64,000 nucleotides of DNA from Candidatus Gottesmanbacteria bacterium. Lineage in GTDB: Bacteria > Patescibacteriota > Microgenomatia > UBA10105 > UBA927. Positions 57,881 through 64,000 of the stretch are shown here, one piece after another. The notes beneath the pieces are model-generated. The model saw only the letters and a list, made by a program, of their open reading frames with translations. It had not been told where the DNA came from and searched no databases. Location of the stretch: assembly GCA_023245335.1 (NCBI GenBank), contig JAHFKK010000001.1:299282-363281 (forward strand), given 5' to 3'. The translations under genes and the position numbers were made by a program. Position 1 is the stretch's first letter; each line of letters starts with the position of its first letter.

Positions 57881-59742
57881 AGAAGGAGATCCTCATCCTG
57901 AAATCCCCGGTCTGTAGCAAGTGATACCTGGAGGTCGAGTGCGTGCTCCGGGATGTCCGCGATAAATCGCGATATCATGTTTTGTGTACGGGTCCCGAAA
58001 AATAACCGCCGGTTGGCATACGTGAGGTAAAGTTTTTCTTTGGCGCGGGTAATTCCGACATAGCAGAGCCGACGTTCTTCCTCGAGCTCATCCTTTTCCA
58101 TGAGAGACCGGCTGTGGGGGAATATTCCCTCTTCCATGCCGACGATAGTCACGATAGGAAACTCTAAACCTTTCGCGGCATGCAGTGTCATAAGCGTCAC
58201 GGCTTTGCGTTTGGCATCCATATCCCTCAATTTTTGCGGCGTGTATTCCTGCTCGACGAGCGCGACGTTTTCGAGAAACGTGGTGAGATCCGGAAACTGG
58301 GTCGCTACAGAGCGTAATTCCTTGATGTTTTCGAGACGGTAGTTTTCTTCCTCGACATTGGCGTCGTAGAGATCGGTATATCGGGTTACCTCCAATATCT
58401 CGTCCAGAAGCTCGAGAGTGGTGAGAGCGATGAGATGATTGTCATTCTTTCGTTTTTCGGCGAAGGCGAGAAATTTTTCGAACCTGGCCTTTCCGAGTTT
58501 TTCGGCACGGTGATAGGAGACCGTATCTTTGGAGTTTGCCAGTAGTCTCAAATATGAAAGCACATCCTTGATTTCTTTGCGTTCGTAGAATCGCGTACCG
58601 CCGACCAATACATAGGGGACTCCCGAATGCAGGAATGCCTCTTCCAGCACCCGCGATTGTGCATTCGTGCGATAGAGGACGGCGAAGTCGGAAAACGGTT
58701 TGTCTGATTGTAAGATGGTTTGGATGATGTACATGGCCTCGTCCTGTTCATTGCGTGCTTCGTAGAGCGTCACTTTTTCGCCGCCGTCTTTTTCTGTCCA
58801 GAGTTTGAGAATAGGATGCGACGTGTTTTTGGCGATCACGCCGAACGCTGCATCAAGAATGGTCTGGGTGGACCGGTAATTCTGTTCCAGGTGAAAAACA
58901 GCAATACCGGGAAAATCCGCCCTGAAGTTCATAATGTTGCGGAAATCCGCTCCGCGCCACCTATAAATACTCTGTGAAGCGTCGCCGACAACCGTGATAT
59001 TGTGCCAGCGTTTTGAGAGAAGTTTGGTCAGTTCATATTGGGCTTTATTGGTGTCCTGATATTCATCGACCAGGACATAGTGATACCGTTCCTGGTATTT
59101 GCCGGCGATCTCAGGAACTTCTTTCAGAAGCCGGACGGTTTTCATGAGTAAATCATCAAAATCCAAAGCCTCGTTGTCGAGCAACAATTTTTGGTATCCG
59201 AGGTAGACCCGGGCCACGGTTTCCTGAAAATTCCCACGGGCATAGTTGGGGTATTCGAGCGCGGTAATGAGCTCATTTTTTGCCTGAGAAATCGTGGCCA
59301 ACACCGCATTCGGATGATATTGTTTGGCAGATATGTCCAGTTTTTTCATCACGTCTTTGATTGCATCTATCTGGTCGTCGCCGTCGTAGATAACAAATGT
59401 GGGAGGCACGTGGACGTGTATGCCGTCTACGCGCAGTATCCTCACGCACAGCGAATGATAGGTCCCGGCGAAAGGCATGTCTTTATTGGCGATGGGAGAC
59501 GAAGTGTCGGAGATGAGTTTCGTGATGCGCTCCTTCATTTCGTTTGCGGCTTTATTCGTGAACGTGACCATGAGTATATTTTGGGGTGGCACATGCTTTT
59601 CTGCGATGAGGTAGGCGACCCGGTAGGTGAGAACTCTGGTTTTGCCGCTGCCGGCGCCTGCTAGTATGAGGACCGGTCCCTCGGTATGCACTACTGCCGC
59701 TTGCTGTTCTTTATTTAGATCACTGAGAAGCGAAGATGACAT
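57877..59742 (-). CDS. pcrA: ATP-dependent DNA helicase PcrA/UvrD
   Basis: AGAGSGKT, FTNKAA, VDEYQD, QSIY.WRGA, YRTNAQSR, TLHAAKGLEF, YVGITRA; lacks the C-terminal Tudor-like domain. Confidence 0.94.
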   Translation of the reverse strand: MSSSLLSDLNKEQQAAVVHTEGPVLILAGAGSGKTRVLTYRVAYLIAEKHVPPQNILMVTFTNKAANEMKERITKLISDTSSPIANKDMPFAGTYHSLCVRILRVDGIHVHVPPTFVIYDGDDQIDAIKDVMKKLDISAKQYHPNAVLATISQAKNELITALEYPNYARGNFQETVARVYLGYQKLLLDNEALDFDDLLMKTVRLLKEVPEIAGKYQERYHYVLVDEYQDTNKAQYELTKLLSKRWHNITVVGDASQSIYRWRGADFRNIMNFRADFPGIAVFHLEQNYRSTQTILDAAFGVIAKNTSHPILKLWTEKDGGEKVTLYEARNEQDEAMYIIQTILQSDKPFSDFAVLYRTNAQSRVLEEAFLHSGVPYVLVGGTRFYERKEIKDVLSYLRLLANSKDTVSYHRAEKLGKARFEKFLAFAEKRKNDNHLIALTTLELLDEILEVTRYTDLYDANVEEENYRLENIKELRSVATQFPDLTTFLENVALVEQEYTPQKLRDMDAKRKAVTLMTLHAAKGLEFPIVTIVGMEEGIFPHSRSLMEKDELEEERRLCYVGITRAKEKLYLTYANRRLFFGTRTQNMISRFIADIPEHALDLQVSLATDRGFQDEDLLL

Positions 59743-59849
59743 AGATAAATAATCGGGTAGCAGAAATTCTGTCCTTATTTCATAAGGAAAAAAAGAAAGC
59801 GAACCGCTTTCTTGTATAGAAGTTTCACAACCCGCTATAATCTTATCAT

Positions 59850-60545
59850 ATGAAACATTTCTTCATTGCGGGGAATTGGAAGAGTTATAAGCGGACAGAT
59901 GAGGCCTTTATTTGGTTCAAGCGCTTCGCCGCGCTTGTTCAGTCGGCGCCGCGGTCATTTGAGAATGTGACTGCGGTGTTGTGTCCGCCGTATACATTAC
60001 TCCCGTACGCTCATGAGCAGATTCTCGCGCATAAATTACCGCTCGAACTGGGAGCACAGGACGTTTCGGCGTTTGGAGAAGGCGCATATACCGGTGAAAT
60101 CAGTGCGATGCAGGTTGCGGAATTTGCGAAGTGGTCGATTATAGGGCACTCGGAACGCCGCAAAAATTTAGGTGAAACCGATATGCTTCTCACGCAAAAG
60201 GTCAAAGCAGCCAAAGACGCCGGTCTTAAGGTAATTTACTGCGTGCAGGATGAATCCGTGCTGGTTCCTGAAGGAACGGATGTCATCGGGTATGAACCAC
60301 CCTGGGCAATAAGTGCGGTAAGCGGCGGGGTCGCGCAAAATCCGGAAAGTGCCAACCGAGTCTGTGAAAAAATAGTTGTCAAACACTTCGGGATTCCCGT
60401 CATATACGGCGGTAGCACGACGCCTGAGAACATTCAATCATTTGTCAGCCAAGAATACATTTCCGGCGTACTACCCGGTGGTGCCAGTTTGGATCCGGAA
60501 AAATTTTTCCAGATGATCGAGAGTCTCGCCGCTGACAACGTCTAA
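59850..60545 (+). CDS. tpiA: Triosephosphate isomerase
   Basis: AGNWK, GAYTGE, GHSERR, YEP.WAI, YGGS, GGASL. Confidence 0.95.
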   Translation: MKHFFIAGNWKSYKRTDEAFIWFKRFAALVQSAPRSFENVTAVLCPPYTLLPYAHEQILAHKLPLELGAQDVSAFGEGAYTGEISAMQVAEFAKWSIIGHSERRKNLGETDMLLTQKVKAAKDAGLKVIYCVQDESVLVPEGTDVIGYEPPWAISAVSGGVAQNPESANRVCEKIVVKHFGIPVIYGGSTTPENIQSFVSQEYISGVLPGGASLDPEKFFQMIESLAADNV

Positions 60546-60548
60546 TCC

Positions 60549-61604
60549 ATGCAGCAAAAATTCAAAAGAACGGTCGCGCCGAAGCTCCGAAGCGTTCTGC
60601 TTCTTTTTGTGGCGATGCTTCTCGTCGCAGGCCTTGCTATCGGGATTCGGACAGTCCGTTCGTTTACGAAAAATACCGGTTTGACGCCGGCAGCGGTTTT
60701 CGGCCTCATGTTTGATACCGGCGTTGACCTCGCTCCCATAAAGGGTCGGGTAAACGTGGCTCTATTGGGGATCGGGGGAGGCAATCACGACGGTGCTGAC
60801 CTCACGGACACCATTCTCATCCTTTCCTTTAATGAAAAGCATGATACGCTTGGGATGATTTCCGTGCCGCGAGACATATGGTCGGACTCTCTAAAAGATA
60901 AAGTAAACAGTGCCTATCATTACGGTGAGGAAAAGTCCCGCGAAGCTGGATCGGCCGCTGGTCGAAAAAAAGGCGGATTGATTCTCTCTAAAGCAATTCT
61001 ATCCGATATGGTGGGCCTGCCGATTCAGTATGGCATCGTATTTGATTTTACGAAGTTTCAGAATATCATCGATCTCGTTTCCGGCGTCACGATAGATGTG
61101 CCGGAGGCATTTACGGATTCCCAATATCCGATAACGGGGAAAGAAAAGGATATCTGTGACGGTGATCCCACATTTGCCTGCAGATACGAAACGCTTCATT
61201 TTGATAAGGGCCTACAAACTATGGATGGTGAACGGGCTTTGAAATATGTCCGGAGCCGGCATGCGGAAGGCGTCGAGGGAAATGATTTCGCGCGGGGGAG
61301 ACGGCAACAGCAAGTATTAGTTGCGCTTAAAGATCGGCTCACTTCTAAGAACACTATATGGAATCCGCGGAAATTATCGGCATTATATCGGGCGTTTGAT
61401 GATGCCACGGATGTCGATATGAATATCGCACAGCTAATGACGGTAGGGAAGCTATTTTTGCGGGTGCCACAGATCAACATTACCCGGATATCTATAGAGA
61501 ATGAGTTATACTCGCCTCCGGAAAGCTGGTACGGTGGATACGTGTTGTTGCCAAAAGACACCTTCGAGTCAATTCACGAATACGTATCATCTTTTCTTAA
61601 GTGA
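60549..61604 (+). CDS. LCP (LytR-CpsA-Psr) family protein
   Basis: N-terminal TM; LTDTI, SVPRD, KVNSAY, AL.YVRSRH, DF.R..RQ. Confidence 0.93.
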   Translation: MQQKFKRTVAPKLRSVLLLFVAMLLVAGLAIGIRTVRSFTKNTGLTPAAVFGLMFDTGVDLAPIKGRVNVALLGIGGGNHDGADLTDTILILSFNEKHDTLGMISVPRDIWSDSLKDKVNSAYHYGEEKSREAGSAAGRKKGGLILSKAILSDMVGLPIQYGIVFDFTKFQNIIDLVSGVTIDVPEAFTDSQYPITGKEKDICDGDPTFACRYETLHFDKGLQTMDGERALKYVRSRHAEGVEGNDFARGRRQQQVLVALKDRLTSKNTIWNPRKLSALYRAFDDATDVDMNIAQLMTVGKLFLRVPQINITRISIENELYSPPESWYGGYVLLPKDTFESIHEYVSSFLK

Positions 61605-61607
61605 AGT

Positions 61608-62357
61608 TTAGAACGCCAGTCCCAGAAGCAGCAGGAGTATTCCTCCCGCAATCGTGGAAGCTCCCAAGACGGTTGGTCCTCCGGATACCGGGATCTTCGG
61701 TGTGGCAATAGGAGCCGGTGTTGGTGACGGTCCCGGTGTGGATGTCGGTCCGGGTGTGGATGTCGGTCCGGGTGTGGATGTCGGTCCGGCAGTGCCGATA
61801 CTCATGGACGTCTTACAGACATCCGGTACGTCAGAGAAGGCAAAGTTGTTGTCCCGCACGCGACAGGAGAAACTGAACGTGCCGTTTTGGGAGACCGTGT
61901 AGTCGGTAGAAAGCGATCCGGGACTGCCGACGTTTTTCTCGACCAGCTTGGTCGTGCCGTCGGGCAGGGTAAACTCCACAGCGGTGATGTCACCGTCGGT
62001 GTCTTTCCCGGAACAGGTCACGGTTGTGGTAAATGACGGCGTACCGCTAGAGGGTGACAGGGTAAGACCCGTACACTCCGGTACCGTATTGTTGCTTGAT
62101 GTGCCCGTCGGTGTCGGTGTCGCTGTAGGCGTCGACGTCGGTCCTCCGGTTGATGTCGGGGTCGGCGTGTTAGGCGTAATGGAAAACACGAGCTTACAGT
62201 TGATGTCATCGGTCGCCTTCGGGGTGACCTGCGGGACGGTGGGAGCGACGGATTGCTTGTTGGCCAGCTGGGTCGACGTGAGGAAGGCTACCACGCCAAT
62301 ACCGACCGTGAGGAGGGTGACCAGCAGTAAATACCAATATTTTTTCAGAAAACTCAT
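61608..62357 (-). CDS. Surface protein with Ig/PKD-like domain, Pro/Thr linkers and a C-terminal hydrophobic anchor
   Basis: N-terminal TM, D.DG.I...F, PT-rich linkers, IPVSG plus hydrophobic C-terminus; start set to ATG 62357. Confidence 0.75.
   Translation of the reverse strand: MSFLKKYWYLLLVTLLTVGIGVVAFLTSTQLANKQSVAPTVPQVTPKATDDINCKLVFSITPNTPTPTSTGGPTSTPTATPTPTGTSSNNTVPECTGLTLSPSSGTPSFTTTVTCSGKDTDGDITAVEFTLPDGTTKLVEKNVGSPGSLSTDYTVSQNGTFSFSCRVRDNNFAFSDVPDVCKTSMSIGTAGPTSTPGPTSTPGPTSTPGPSPTPAPIATPKIPVSGGPTVLGASTIAGGILLLLLGLAF
61729..61789 (-). repeat. 18-bp tandem repeat x3 encoding GPTSTP
   Basis: Plus strand (GGTGTGGATGTCGGTCCG) three times. Confidence 0.9.
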
Positions 62358-62358
62358 A

Positions 62359-63849
62359 TTATCTCCATGCTCCGTCCGTAAATACTTCTGCCTCAATGAC
62401 AAAGTCAGTGACGCCTGTGGCAGGCACCGTATACGCAAGAGTGAAGTCTGGTGGATCACTTTGTGTAGCCACGGTTGCGTCCTGCCATGCAGTGCCGTTT
62501 ATGCGGAAGTGTGCTTTCGTCGGGCTGCCGTCTCCGGAGACATGAAGTACAACGTCATCACCGGGAAGCAATGAAGACGGCGTGACCGCCGTACCAGCTC
62601 TCGTGATTCTCAGGTTTTTGCATTGAGGCGCGACCGGGGTAGCTGTAGGATTGTTTGTTGTGTCGCCCCCGTCACCGTTACTACTCCCGTTGGAAGTATC
62701 AACCGGATACCAGTTGCCGTTTGTTTGTGACAGATAATATCCAGCTACAGATGTGGGTTTGTTATCAGGTCCTAAAATGGCATACCCGCCCTTATTTACA
62801 TTTTCGGGTTTTGTATAATCAACCGGAACTCCATTTACCGTATAAAACGATTTAATTTCCTCATATGTATATCCGCCTGGAACATACGGCAGCGCCATGT
62901 TTTGTGGGTTTTTATCGACATTAACCATGTTGAGGGTTACGGGTTTTTGAACACCGTTTGCATCCGTTCCTGCAGCCTGTTCTCCGATGCCCCTATATAC
63001 GTCTTTTATGGTTTGCATGGCCTTGTCTTGCGCCGCCTTGACCCCGTTGGGGTCTGTGTGGTCAACTATTATTTCTGTTTTAGTACCATCAGGAAGTGTC
63101 ACTGAAGCTTTTGACGCACCGCTATTTATGTCTGCAACTGCCTTAATCGCTTCGTTATATGACGCATTATTGACACATCCACTGCCGCATTTATCATTTT
63201 CCTGTTTACTCCATTTGCCGCCCTGTGAAAAACCATTATTTTTTCCGGCCTGACTCCGTATATCAGCAAGTTGTTTGGGGTTTGCGACATAGATTGCGCC
63301 CACGCCGATTGCCACAAGCATGACAATGGCTCCAAGAATGCCGGCGAGCGGAATTTTTTTTCCTTTTTTACCCGGTATCTTGGGCTTCGGTGCATTATAG
63401 GATGGTGTAGGTGATACGGTTTCCGACGCAGGCGGGACGACCGAGCCCGGATTTTTTGAGTTTAAAATACTTTCGACAAACGCAGACGCTTCCGGGGATG
63501 GTGGAGCGGCATCGGGAGTAGACGCTGGCGGCGGTGTGGGAGCCGCAGAAGTAGTTGGTTCGACATGTGTTGGTTCTGCCGGTTTGTTTTCAGGCATTGA
63601 AGGCACGGGGGCGGCCGCGGGTTGGGCAGATAATCCATCAGCAAGAGGTATTCCGGGCGCCGACTCTGTGCTTGCGGTCATCGGGGGAACGGGTGCGGGT
63701 TCTTCCGGTATAGATGAGGGAGTCGAGGGAGAGGGTGGTGTGGCGGGTGCAGGAGATTGTTCTGGTTGGGATGATACCGGATCCGTGACAACTCCAGCGG
63801 CAGCGTCGTTTATTGCTTTTTGAGCGGCATCCAAAATATCATCCGGCAT
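62359..63849 (-). CDS. Membrane protein with long Pro-rich N-terminal region and extracellular C-terminal domain
   Basis: About 165-aa P/A/S/T-rich segment, basic KKGKK, single TM, DIRSQA. Confidence 0.8.
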   Translation of the reverse strand: MPDDILDAAQKAINDAAAGVVTDPVSSQPEQSPAPATPPSPSTPSSIPEEPAPVPPMTASTESAPGIPLADGLSAQPAAAPVPSMPENKPAEPTHVEPTTSAAPTPPPASTPDAAPPSPEASAFVESILNSKNPGSVVPPASETVSPTPSYNAPKPKIPGKKGKKIPLAGILGAIVMLVAIGVGAIYVANPKQLADIRSQAGKNNGFSQGGKWSKQENDKCGSGCVNNASYNEAIKAVADINSGASKASVTLPDGTKTEIIVDHTDPNGVKAAQDKAMQTIKDVYRGIGEQAAGTDANGVQKPVTLNMVNVDKNPQNMALPYVPGGYTYEEIKSFYTVNGVPVDYTKPENVNKGGYAILGPDNKPTSVAGYYLSQTNGNWYPVDTSNGSSNGDGGDTTNNPTATPVAPQCKNLRITRAGTAVTPSSLLPGDDVVLHVSGDGSPTKAHFRINGTAWQDATVATQSDPPDFTLAYTVPATGVTDFVIEAEVFTDGAWR

Positions 63850-63954
63850 ACCTATACATTATGAGTGCATTCTAAACAATCTTGAAAGCACGAAAAATGC
63901 TCCTAGATCCAGAGTAGTGGAAATATATGACATGCGTCAAGTGGTGTCTCTACT

Positions 63955-64000
63955 TTAGAGGATGAGAACTGCTGTTCCCCCGACAAAGAGGCCAATTCCA
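63955..64000 (-). CDS. 3' end of an upstream gene (partial), hydrophobic C-terminus
   Basis: Reads ...GIGLFVGGTAVLIL-stop on minus strand at the window edge. Confidence 0.5.
   Translation of the reverse strand, partial: GIGLFVGGTAVLIL

Noticed and set aside
51210-59742. Two UvrD helicases as an anti-phage system
   Set aside because: One is housekeeping PcrA-like and the other an AddA/Adn-like repair helicase-nuclease; no defence partner genes recognised

Overview
Gene-dense bacterial chromosomal window with about 60 CDS and one tRNA; I saw no CRISPR array, transposase or prophage. Gene content and style point to a CPR/Patescibacteria (Microgenomates-like) genome, which is an inference: two class A PBPs, FemAB-like ligases, a VirD4-like ATPase without a T4SS, GapN, purine salvage and Pro/Cys-rich membrane-anchored proteins. 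It carries cell-wall genes, sodA, a nucleotide salvage block, nrdR-nrdJ-pduO, groES/groEL with a CIRCE element, a glycosylation cluster, metG, two UvrD helicases and tpiA. The most notable signals are non-coding or tiny and are absent from the ORF track: (1) two tandem Met-rich leader peptides, each with a terminator/antiterminator pair, upstream of metG (candidate Met-sensing ribosome-mediated attenuation); (2) a cobalamin riboswitch ahead of a DUF4430 + DUF6580-like pair, directly behind the B12-dependent RNR and adenosyltransferase; (3) a tRNA-Ile with a UAU anticodon; (4) a family of ~27-bp palindromic repeats, one inserted in-frame in pduO; (5) many genes that look leaderless. All family assignments come from motif recognition by eye, not from database searches.
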